DNA of 64,000 nucleotides from Eledone cirrhosa (taxonomy: Eukaryota). Below, piece by piece: positions 54,101 through 64,000 of the stretch. Numbering within the stretch: position 1 is the first letter of the stretch; the number at the start of each line of letters is the position of its first letter. The position numbers and the translations under genes are program-made. The stretch spans positions 103,416,001-103,480,000 of the forward strand of contig OZ024744.1 of NCBI GenBank assembly GCA_964016885.1. Direction: 5' to 3'. The notes below the pieces were generated by a model. That model worked only from the letters and a program-made list of their open reading frames with translations, was not told where the DNA came from and made no database searches.

Positions 54101-54943
54101 ACCTTGGTATGGTCACGTGATGCACCTGAAAGACGACAGCTGCATAAAAAAGTGCAGGGCGATTAAAATTGATTTGTAGTTACGGAGTAGGTAGACTCAG
54201 AAAAACCTGGGACGATCTGATAAATTCCGACCTTACACACTTGCACTTTTCTAAGACAATGTCACTGGACCGAGATCTTTGGCGCTACGCAGTAATACAG
54301 AAGACCCGCCTCGCCTATGTACAAAGTGAAACCTACAGTCAGTAGGCACCTCTTAACCAAATATACACCCCAATCCACTACCCCTACCCTATCCTCCCAC
54401 TCCCACCAACACCACCCTCTCTCTCTGTAAAGTTGGTACCACAACATCTGGTCCAAATAGATGAGATAACTGTTTCTACTTTAGGCACAAGGCCAGCAAT
54501 AACCCAGTACATTACTGGTACTTTATTTTATCGACCACGTAAGGATGAAAGGCAAAGTTAACCTCAGCGGGATTTGAACTCAGAGTGTAAAGGGACGTAA
54601 CTATGCTAGAAAGCATGGCGTCCATCCCTCTACCGATACTGCCAATTCACCATGAGATAATGAGATCGAGATCGTGTAGGTGTCACAAAAAAAAAACTAC
54701 ACACAGTCCACGCTGTAATGTGGCCGTGTAGGCAACACGGAGTAAAGTTCCCAGTTCCACACTGTAAATGTAGTTGGTGTTAGGAAGGGCATCCAGACGT
54801 AGAAAACCTGCCAGATAGTCCTATATGAGCGAGACACGGTCACCCGACCAGCCTTGCCTCATGTGGGACAACTCCCGTCTAACCCATGCAAGCGTGGAAG
54901 ATGGACGTTAAACGATGATGATGATGATGATGATGATGATGAT
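51160..54943 (+). mobile_element. RTE-clade LINE, near full length, inactivated; same family as 26378-30060
   Basis: APE and RT (LLYADDL) ORF fragments co-linear with the minus copy; 3' UTR ends ggacgttaaac(gat)n. Confidence 0.93.
54469..54651 (-). mobile_element. SINE family 2 inserted in LINE 3' UTR
   Basis: TSD atgagataa at 54461 and 54652; absent from the paralogous LINE 3' UTR near 26640. Confidence 0.82.
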
Positions 54944-55134
54944 AACGAGAGTACATGATGAGGGTTATGAAGTTATCTGCTAGGCATTCTCTGAGTCTCC
55001 TTTCCCACCATACCATAAATAGGTTGGCAATATAGCCAAGCTATGCTGATGCTGATGGCTGCTCCTTCATCCTGGGTATAAATTTTCTGATTAAATTTGA
55101 ACATGTGGCCCTAATATAACAATATATATATCAT

Positions 55135-55485
55135 CATTTCATTTTACGCCCACTTTTTCCCTGCTTGCAAGGGTGGGACGGGAACTGATTCTGGCTTGAT
55201 TTCTACAGCTGGATGCACTTCCTAACACCAACCTCATTTACAGTGAGTGCTGGGTGCTTTTTTTGCCGTGGCACCTCCATGACCACTTTGCAGTGGAATG
55301 ATAGGGACTGAGGTCCCTATCATTCCACTGCAAACGGCCATCTCATTTCTACAGCTGAGTAAACTGGAGCAATGTGACATAAAGTGTCTTGCTCAAGGAA
55401 ACAACACATCACCCAGTCTGAGAATTGAACTCACAACCTTTCGATTGCAAGGCCAATGCTCTAACCACTAAGCCATGTGCCTCCA
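55135..55485 (-). mobile_element. CORE-type SINE, full length
   Basis: Highly similar to 18190-18530. Confidence 0.8.
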
Positions 55486-55605
55486 TATATATATATATAT
55501 ATTTATTTATATAAACATATATATCACGTACACAGATATGACAAAACAATATACTACTTTAATAGATTAAATCAAATTACAAAGTGTGTTTAGATAATAA
55601 ATTAC

Positions 55606-55665
55606 CATGTCTCGGTGGATTTTTTCCTCCAGATAGATCTAAACAGCTATCTGAACTGTCAATGT
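55606..55665 (-). CDS. Micro-exon 4 (60 nt, phase 1-1); peptide (N)IDSSDSCLDLSGGKNPPRH
   Basis: ttttcataattgcag|ACATTGACAG...CGAGACATG|gtaatttatt; no stop; 152-nt intron separates it from exon 3. Confidence 0.7.
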
Positions 55666-55817
55666 CTGCAATTATGAAAAATAATTATACATTAATATAT
55701 ATACAAATGTGTCATTTACATATGTATATAAACATACATTACACATACAGGACAAAACAATATGCTACATTAATATAATATATCAATAATACACAACATG
55801 TTTAAGTTACAACTTAC

Positions 55818-55844
55818 TTTCAATATAAATCAAAGAATCAGAAT
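55818..55844 (-). CDS. Micro-exon 3 (27 nt, phase 1-1); peptide (D)SDSLIYIE
   Basis: ataatttcag|ATTCTGATTCTTTGATTTATATTGAAA|gtaagttgtaac; flanks homologous to exons 1 and 2. Confidence 0.72.
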
Positions 55845-55942
55845 CTGAAATTATAAAAAAACCATCAAATAAGTTTATAACAACCTCATATATATATCAG
55901 TATGTGTGTGTGTATGTGTGTTGCTATGTATGTATCTGTCTA

Positions 55943-56026
<84 letters not shown>

Positions 56027-56027
<1 letters not shown>

Positions 56028-57103
56028 CAAACGTAAAATAAGAAAATTATAGTAATTAGCTTACTTACTTAAATTTCACTCCAACTAATTAGTTTCTGAA
56101 AAGGAATATACATGGAGAACAGGGAGAAACCTTTTCGTCATCAGGGAGTCATTCTCAGCAATGCGTGGACACAGGGAACTTATACAAAAATATTCAGTGG
56201 ATGGAAAAGAGCAAGCGGGGACTAAATTCCAGGACACTGAAAAAATCACTGCCTTCTTGTTTGGTGGCAAATTCAAAAGAATCAATCACGTAACATCGAG
56301 ATTAATGAGTGAGGAGTGGGGTGTTAAAAAGACAGTAGCCAAGCTGTTACTATGAACTATAGTAGTAATTTTGGAACATTTCTGCTCAACAAAATAATTT
56401 GGAGATAATTATAAAGAATTAGTATATCTACCAACATATATATACAAATGTATACCTATGCAAGCACATATATAGGTTTTGTCTTAGTAACTTTGTGGTT
56501 CAATGCAAGGGGATGCAGAACAATTATATGAAAAACGTAAAATAAGAAAATTATAGTAATTAGCTTACTTAATTAAATTTCACTCCAACTAATTAGTTTC
56601 TGAAAGGGAATATACATGGAGAACATGGAGAAACCTTTTCGTCATCAGGGAGTCATTCTCAGCTAAGATACCTGGCGATGCGTGGACACACACTGATTAA
56701 CCTCGATGTCACGTGATTGATTCTTTTGAATTTGCCACCAAACAAGAAGGCAGTGATTTTTTCAGTGTCCTGGAATTTAGTCCCCGCTTGCTCTTTTCCA
56801 TCCACTGAATATTTTTGTATAAGTTCCTGTGTCCACGTATCGCCAGGTATCTTAGCTGAGAATGACTCCCTGATGACGAAAAGGTTTCTCCCTGTTCTCC
56901 ATGTATATTCCCTTTCAGAAACTAATTAATTGGAGTGAAATTTAAGTAAGTAAGCTAATTACTATAATTTTCTTATTTTACGTTTTTCATATAATTGTTC
57001 TGCATCCGCTTGCATTGAACCACAAAGTTACTAAGACAAAACCTATATATTTGCTTGCATAGGTATACATCTGTATATATATATGTTGGTAGATATACTA
57101 ATT
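56027..57103. mobile_element. Non-coding hammerhead-bearing element: about 505-bp unit in partial tandem plus inverted, circularly permuted copy (retrozyme/PLE-like)
   Basis: Direct repeat starts at about 56029 and 56533; 56692-57103 is the reverse complement running across the unit junction; lies in TA tracts. Confidence 0.75.
56078..56149 (-). ncRNA. Type I hammerhead ribozyme motif, family A (also 56582-56653 - and 56865-56936 +)
   Basis: ACUCC-CUGAUGA-c-GAAAAGG..CCUUUUC-a-GAAAC-UAAUUA-GUU-GGAGU: stem I, core, stem II, palindromic loop 3. Confidence 0.75.
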
Positions 57104-57898
57104 CTCTCTCTATATATATAAGAAGAAATTAAAAGATGGTTTAAAAAGTTCCATGTATTTTATTATGCGCATTTCAAAAACAAATATCATCCTGGGACGA
57201 TATTTGCGTTCTCATCAGATAAAATAGGGAGGTATGATATGATGCTTAAAAAACACTTGTTAACAAGGTAGTGTCTAATCAACATATGATAAATAAATTT
57301 AAACGGATATAGAAGATTGGGAAAAAGGGAAGGAAGGGGAAAAAAAGGAAGAGGAAGAAAGGATAAAAAAGAAGGAAAGGATAATGGAGGAAGAGTATAA
57401 GAAGGAGGGAGGATAGAGAAAGAGAAAAGAGAGAGAGAGAGAGATAAACATTTAAACTGAAAAACACTGTCTCCACTGAACAATAACTGAAAAAACGGTT
57501 GTAAATTTATAAATAAATTAAAAAATTAAAAATTGATGAGGTTTATGAGTGATGATGTTTATGATTACAGATATAGAAATTAAGTATACTAATTATTTAA
57601 GGTTTATATACTGAAGAAATTATTAAGATGTGCGAAAAAGTTTTATTAAAGTGTATTATTAAGATAAAATAGAATAAAATAAGATAAAGTGAATAAAAAT
57701 AAATCTAATGATTTATAAGGTTAATAAGCTTAGAAGACTATATAAGGACCAAGTTTGTTTAAATAGAATGTAATTGAAAAAGTATGTCTGTGAAGAAGTA
57801 ATTATTTTAGCAAAGACAAATACGGAGAGAGAGAAGAAAAAAGTAAAAACCGAAGAGGAAATGACGTCAAAATTTGTTTACAAAATTCACCTAATGTT

Positions 57899-58076
57899 AA
57901 TTGTTTCTACTTTAGGCACAAGGCCAGCAAATAACCAGTGCATTACTGGTACTTTATTTTATCGACCCCGTAAGGATGAAAGGCAAAGTCAACCTCGGCG
58001 GGATTTGAACTCAGATCGTAAAGGGACGTAACTATGCTGAAAAGCATGGCGTCCGACCCTCTACCGATACTGCCAA
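57899..58076 (-). mobile_element. SINE family 2 copy
   Basis: Near-identical to 24447-24628; flanked by duplicated aatgttaat. Confidence 0.8.
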
Positions 58077-58924
58077 TGTTAATATTACTAGATTTGAAGT
58101 AAAACATTGGGAAATATAGTGGCTTAGGAAAAAGTAATATTGAGAAGAAATGATATAAAGGTGAACTATTTAAAAAAATGTATTCCCAAGAAGATAAAGG
58201 AGTTTGCTATAGTGAATTAAAAATTTAAAAAATTTAAAAATTAGGGGACCCAAAACGTTATAGTATGAATGAACTTTTTAGAATGTACTGAAATATGCGA
58301 GAAAAAAAGTGGTATATGTGTAAAAAAAAGATATATATGTGTGAGAAAAGTTTTTAATCTTAATTATGGAGTAAAATATTAGCTGTATACTTAGTGAAAT
58401 GACCTAAGCGATTTATGGATGCAAAGCGAAAATAAATCTGTGCGTCTATTTATTATGGAGCTAAAATTAGAGATAATGGTAAATGTTTCCGCTAGACATA
58501 AATTACAAGTTCTAGATATGGAATCGTTGGAATAAGGAGAAGCATTGCAAATTTTACGCCAAGAAATTTTGTAATTAATGTTTTTGTCTTTTAAGGACCA
58601 GATGAGCATCATCACTCATAAACCTCATCAATTTTTAATTTATTTATAAATTTACAACCGTTTTTTCAGTTATTGTTCAATGGAAACAGCGCTTTTCAGT
58701 TTAAATGTTTATCTCTTTCTCTCTCTCTCTTTTCTCTTTCTCTATCCTCCCTCCTTCTTATGCTCTTCCTCCATTATCCTTTCCTTCTTTTTTATCCTTT
58801 CTTCCTCTTCCTTTTTTTCCCCTTCCTTCCCTTTTTTCCAATCTTCTATATCCGTTATTTATCATATGTTGATTAGACACTACCTTGTTAACAAGTGTTT
58901 TTTAAGCATCATATCATACCTCCC

Positions 58925-58995
58925 TATTTTATCTGATGAGAACGCAAATATCGTCCCAGGATGATATTTGTTTTTGAAATGCGCATAATAAAATA
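58925..58995 (+). ncRNA. Type I hammerhead ribozyme motif, family B (mirror copy 57156-57226 -)
   Basis: UAUUUUAU-CUGAUGA-[gaacgcaaauaucguc ccag gaugauauuuguuuuu]-GAAAU-GCGC-AUA-AUAAAAUA; 8-bp stem I, palindromic loop 3. Confidence 0.82.
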
Positions 58996-59119
58996 CATGG
59001 AACTTTTTTAACCATCTTTTAATTTCTTCTTATATATACTCCAGTCCAATAAACTGTTGAGTGCTACTTATCCAATATTTGCATTGGTTTATTGTTCTAC
59101 AATAAAACTCACCTCTTAC

Positions 59120-59186
<67 letters not shown>

Positions 59187-59192
<6 letters not shown>

Positions 59193-59921
59193 ATAAATGC
59201 TCTGAAATAGCGATATATATGTGAATATAGACATAGAATATTCGAAAATATTCTGTATGTTTATAATAAACATTTTGAAGACCTAATCGCTATAGAATAG
59301 AATACGTCACGTATTACAATTAGATTCTCGATAAAAGCAAGGGAAGTAATCTACGCGTTTCATTCTTGTTAGAAATCTTCAGGACTACATATCCAGTGCT
59401 TTTATCGAGAATGACACAGCTAGAGACTTATAGAATACTTAGCTGTGTACAGGAACTGGTTTGAAAGAGCGGTTGCCGGTCCGGCAGAAATTAGAAATTG
59501 GAATAAATGCTCTGAAATAGCGATATATATGTGAATATAGACATAGAATATTCGAAATTCAAAATGTTTATTATAAACATACAGAATATTTTCGAATATT
59601 CTATGTCTATATTCACATATATATCGCTATTTCAGAGCATTTATTCCAATTTCTAATTTCTGCCGGACCGGCAACCGCTCTTTCAAACCAGTTCCTGTAC
59701 ACAGCTAAGTATTCTATAAGTCTCTAGCTGTGTCATTCTCGATAAAAGCACTGGATATGTAGTCCTGAAGATTTCTAACAAGAATGAAACGCGTAGATTA
59801 CTTCCCTTGCTTTTATCGAGAATCTAATTGTAATACGTGACGTATTCTATTCTATAGCGATTAGGTCTTCAAAATGTTTATTATAAACATACAGAATATT
59901 TTCGAATATTCTATGTCTATA

Positions 59922-59925
<4 letters not shown>
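59187..59925. mobile_element. Non-coding hammerhead-bearing element: about 310-bp unit, partial tandem plus inverted permuted copy
   Basis: attggaataaatgctctg at about 59187 and 59498; 59558-59925 is the reverse complement crossing the junction; (TA)n on both sides. Confidence 0.78.
59759..59801 (+). ncRNA. Minimal type I hammerhead ribozyme motif, family C (mirror copy 59346-59388 -)
   Basis: GUAGUC-CUGAAGA-u-uuc-uaacaa-gaa-u-GAAAC-GC-GUA-GAUUAC; palindromic ACGCGU stem III. Confidence 0.8.
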
Positions 59926-59956
<31 letters not shown>

Positions 59957-60067
59957 GTGTTACATATAAATATATATATAAACATACACAACACATATAA
60001 TACAAAACAGTATACTACATTAATATAATATATCAATAATACACAACATGTTTAAGTTACAACTTGC

Positions 60068-60085
60068 CTTCTTTAGCAGCAATGT
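60068..60085 (-). CDS. Micro-exon 2 (18 nt, phase 1-1, GC donor); peptide (D)IAAKE
   Basis: ataatttcag|ACATTGCTGCTAAAGAAG|gcaagttgtaac; flanks homologous to exons 1 and 3. Confidence 0.65.
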
Positions 60086-60989
60086 CTGAAATTATTTTAA
60101 AAAAACATCAGATAAGTTTATAACAACCTCACATATATATCAGTATGTGTGAGTGAATGTGTGTTGCTATGTATGTAGGTAATCTTCACCATCATTTAAT
60201 TTTTGTTTTACCAAGTCAACACTGAAGTGCAGCTTCTTTTCTCTAAGATAGGCTCGGAGCCTTCATCTTCCTTACATCCAATACTACATGCTGTCTTGTG
60301 CTTAGATAGACCAGGGGCCAGCATTCCACTTTCATATATTTCAGTATTCTACGGAGAGCATTTTATCATGGCCACAGTACTATGGATATTGTTATGTCTC
60401 TGACACAGACCACTTGATATTCTGCTTGGCAGGTTTTCTACAGTTGGATACCCTTTCTGTCAGCACCCACTTTAGATTTTACAGTGTGTATTATGTCATT
60501 TATCATGTAAATCCCCAACACCAGGGACATTGTCATTTCTATTGCACACTTGCCTTAGCTGGATGTATTTCCTATTATTACACATTTTACAGAGTGTAGT
60601 GGGTGCATTTATCTAGTAGATCACTATTACTAAAGAGGTAGTCATGACATTGACACAACTGATTAGTCCACTCAACATATTGTGGCAGAGTTTCTACAGC
60701 AGGATATCCTTCTAATAACAAACTACCTCACAGTGTGTATTTGCTGTATTATTTATTGCACCACCACTAGAGAGGTTGTTAGACATTGACACAACTAGTG
60801 AATGAAGTGTGGTTGTGACGGTGAGGAGGTAAAAAAGAGGATAAGTATAATGTCATGGGAGTATGATATATGTAGTGTGATTTGACAAGGTACCATTATC
60901 ATAGGTCTGTTTACTGCAATGATAGCAAGCTGTCTGCCACCTTTCTGTTCATCAATCTGTATGCATGTAGGTACGTATGTGTGTATGTA

Positions 60990-62982
60990 TGTAATGTATG
61001 TATGAATATATATATATGATGATGGGTTAGATGGGGTAGGCATTTTACTGGCTGAGAGGTGGATCAATAAGATAATAGAGGTAGTTAGAGTCAGTAACAA
61101 AATAATTGAGATTAGATTAGTTGTAGGCAAGAGACTGGTGACAATTATCTCTACCGATGCTCCCCAAGCGGGCCTAGGTAAAGAAGAGAAGGACTGCTTT
61201 TACGAGCAACTTCTAGAAATAACCACAATGACAGAGGACAGAGACCTAGTTATATTAGCAGGGGACTTCAATGGTCATGTTGGTCAGCTCCAGGATGGAT
61301 ACACTGGGGTTCATGGTGGTTATGGTAATAGCTCAAGAAACAAAGGAGTGAGGCTTCTTGAATTTTGTGATGCAAGTGCACTAACCGTTTGCAACACTAA
61401 CTTCAGGAAACCTGCCAATCTCATGATAACCTACCAATCATGTGAGCACATAAGCCAGATTGACTCCTTGCTAGTTAGGCAACGAGATAGACAAGTGGTG
61501 TCAAATACTAAGGCATACCCCGGGGAAGAATGTACCCTCCAGCATAGGTTAGTCGTTAATGAGATCTCAATAAGCAAGAGACAAAATGAGACACAAAGGA
61601 AGGTGTAGAAAAAGAAGGTCTGGAAGCTAAAAGACCTTTCACTAAAATATAAACTTAGCAAAGCCCTTCAAGATGTGTATGACGAAAAAGAAGATGAGTT
61701 AGAATCATATGACATAGATGATAACTGGAATTTCTTATGTGACAACTTACTGCAGGCTACCGAAGAGACTTGTGGCTGGAGCAGAGCTCCAACCAAACAC
61801 AGGGTGATCTGGTGGTTGAACAGCACAGTAGATAGGGCCATTAGCGACAAAAGACCAGCATGGAAGGATTTGAAAAATGGTGGGAGTAGAGACCGATACA
61901 CATCCGCTCAAAGAGAAGCTAGACGTCAGGTGTACTTAGCACGCAGGGAAACTGAGAGTAGGATGTTTGCCAATGTTCTGCAATGAGAAGATCAGAGACA
62001 GGCAGTGTTCCGTATTGCAAGGTAGTGTGACAGTGTAAATCAAGATGTTATTGTAGATAACTGTGTCTGAAATGATGCTGGTATACTTAGTGTCACTGAT
62101 GCTCAGAAAAAGGCAGTCTGGAAATGTGATTATGAGAGATTGATGAATGTTGAGAATGAATGGGAGAGACAGAAATTAAGGAGTTGGCATAAACTCTATA
62201 AAGTGTACACAATGCAGATCTTCAGTACACAAGAGATGTAGTGGGATAGCATGCAAGCTAACAGGTAGGGAAAACTATATATGAAGTAGAATTACAGGGA
62301 AATTTGACAGTAGAAGTCACAGTGATAGACACATTTTTCAAATGCAGGTAGGACCTATATAGGTGGTTGATAGCTTCCGATACACAGGTGATCAGATTAG
62401 TAAGGGAGGAGGGTACTCCAAGGCCATAGTATCCAGAATAAGGATGGGTTGGAAGAAGTTTAGGGAGCTGTTTCCTCTATTGACAAAGAAGGGTTTCTCC
62501 CTGCATACGAAAGGCCAGTTATATGATGCCTATATGAGGTGCATGATGCTGCATGGTAGTGAGACATGGGCAGCAACTGTAGAAGATATGCGATGGCTTG
62601 AGAGAAATGAAGCAAGCATGCTCCATTGGATGTGCAATGTCAATGTGAACGACCAAGCATCGATGAGTTGAGAGAGAAACTGTAAAAAAGGGATAAGTTG
62701 TAGTGTGCAGGAGAGAAGACTGCGATGGTATGGACATGTGATGCGCGTGGAGGATGACCGCTGAATAAAGAAGTGCCAAGAAATCCCAGTAGAAGGAAGC
62801 TGCAGTAGAGGAAGACCACGGAAAACATGGGCGGAGGTGGTGAGAGCAGACCCCAGATCGCTGAAGCTCACAGAGGAGATGACGAAGGACCGTGACAAGT
62901 GGAGAGATGCTGTGCTGAATGGGACCCGTCCCACCCTTGCAAGCAGTGAAAAGCGGACGTAAAATGATGATGATGATGATGA
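60990..62982 (+). mobile_element. Older RTE LINE, internally deleted (APE present, RT core missing), intact 3' tail
   Basis: AGDFNGHVG, CNTNFRK, AQREARRQVY, then a jump near 62170 to HKRCSG..LHGSETW..RLRWYGHV; ends TRPTLASSEKRT* followed by (GAT)n. Confidence 0.85.
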
Positions 62983-63496
62983 TTATACAAAACATCAATA
63001 TCATCACCGTAATCATCTTTATCATCACCATCATGTGTTTCTCATCTTAACAAAGTATGTATTGGTCAACACAGACCAAATCAGTATTTAATATACTTCC
63101 AATATACATCCAGCTGACCATTATACCATGTGATAATTCTCCATCTCAAATATGTCACTGTGAGCAGTTAGTTTGGTAAATTGTCCTTTTACTGAGGGAA
63201 TCTCTTGTCAAGCCAATAACTTCATGGCCTGAGTGCACTTTAGTTGCACTTAGGCTGCATACCAATCGGCAAAACTGTGCAGTCAGGACTTTGAAGAAAA
63301 ATTAGGCATATTTTTGTTTATATGCTCTTCACATTTATAATTGTTATATTGTTCTCATTAATATTTAATTCATTCATTGAGCAAAACTGGTGGAGGATGG
63401 ACACCACAAATATGTATACTTATGTATCGATATAAATATGCATCCTATTAATTATATATATGTATAAATATATATATATATATAAATACATGTGTA

Positions 63497-63620
63497 GAAG
63501 GCATGTGGCTGAGTGGTTAGAGAATTGGATTCACAATCGTGAGGTTGTGAGTTCGATTCCCAGACTGGGTGATGTGTTATGTCCTTGAGCAAGACACTTT
63601 ATTTCATATTGCTCCTTCTA
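63497..63620 (+). mobile_element. CORE-type SINE 5' fragment
   Basis: tRNA-like head tggctgagtggttag..gagttcgattccc followed by gtccttgagcaagacacttt. Confidence 0.72.
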
Positions 63621-63868
63621 CCTGGGTGGGCAACTAATAGATAATATTAGCAGTTGGAAAGACCAATGGAAACATTATTTCCTCAGTTTGATTTGACGAG
63701 CTCTACTCCATTCGTTAAGTGAACGAGATCTGGGATCTTGTCAATCGACTGTCGATACATGTGTCATATATAAATATGTATATAAACATACATTACACAT
63801 ATACTACAAAACAATATACTACATTGATATAATATATTAATTATACACATGTTTAAGTTACAACTTAC

Positions 63869-63886
63869 CTTCAATAGAAGCAAAAT
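63869..63886 (-). CDS. Micro-exon 1 within window (18 nt, phase 1-1); peptide (x)FASIE
   Basis: ataatttcag|ATTTTGCTTCTATTGAAG|gtaagttgtaac; consensus donor; flanks homologous to exons 2 and 3. Confidence 0.72.
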
Positions 63887-64000
63887 CTGAAATTATTAAA
63901 AAAAACATCAAATAAGTTTATAACAACCTCACATATATATCAGTATGTGTGTGTGTGTGTGTTGCTATGTATGTAGGTAGGTAAAACATCAAATAAGTTT

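Larger units (their letters stand above)
57110..59038 (-). mobile_element. Penelope-like 3' remnant with inverted terminal duplication (57110-57557 vs 58608-59038)
   Basis: 58391-58615(-) encodes IWSLK..ISW..CNLCLAE..INRRTDLFSLCIH, resembling a PLE endonuclease C-terminus; inverted arms carry a hammerhead. Confidence 0.78.

Noticed and set aside
63497-63570. tRNA gene
   Set aside because: A/B-box-like head runs straight into the CORE-like SINE body; it is a SINE head, not a tRNA.

Overview
Repeat-dense, AT-rich animal genomic DNA. The CORE-type SINE, RTE LINEs with (GAT)n tails and Penelope-like elements suggest a cephalopod or other mollusc (inference only). Almost all long ORFs in the supplied track are satellite or microsatellite artefacts or decayed retroelements. 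Visible content: a 60-bp satellite of at least 17.8 kb with higher-order structure, two 51-bp arrays, several dead RTE LINEs, two R4/Dong-like fragments, Penelope-like elements with inverted ends, three families of minimal hammerhead ribozymes, two SINE families and a DD37D (maT) transposon remnant. Main discovery: a minus-strand micro-exon gene absent from the ORF track. Nine exons (18, 18, 27, 60, 66, 42, 60, 60, 60 nt) are all multiples of 3 with AG..GT/GC boundaries and splice in phase 1 into a stop-free 411-nt Asp/Ser-rich frame. The three left-hand 60-nt exons sit in duplicated exon+intron modules whose introns can be about 99% identical while the exons differ strongly and almost only non-synonymously. 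Both large satellites arose from single seed monomers in these introns.
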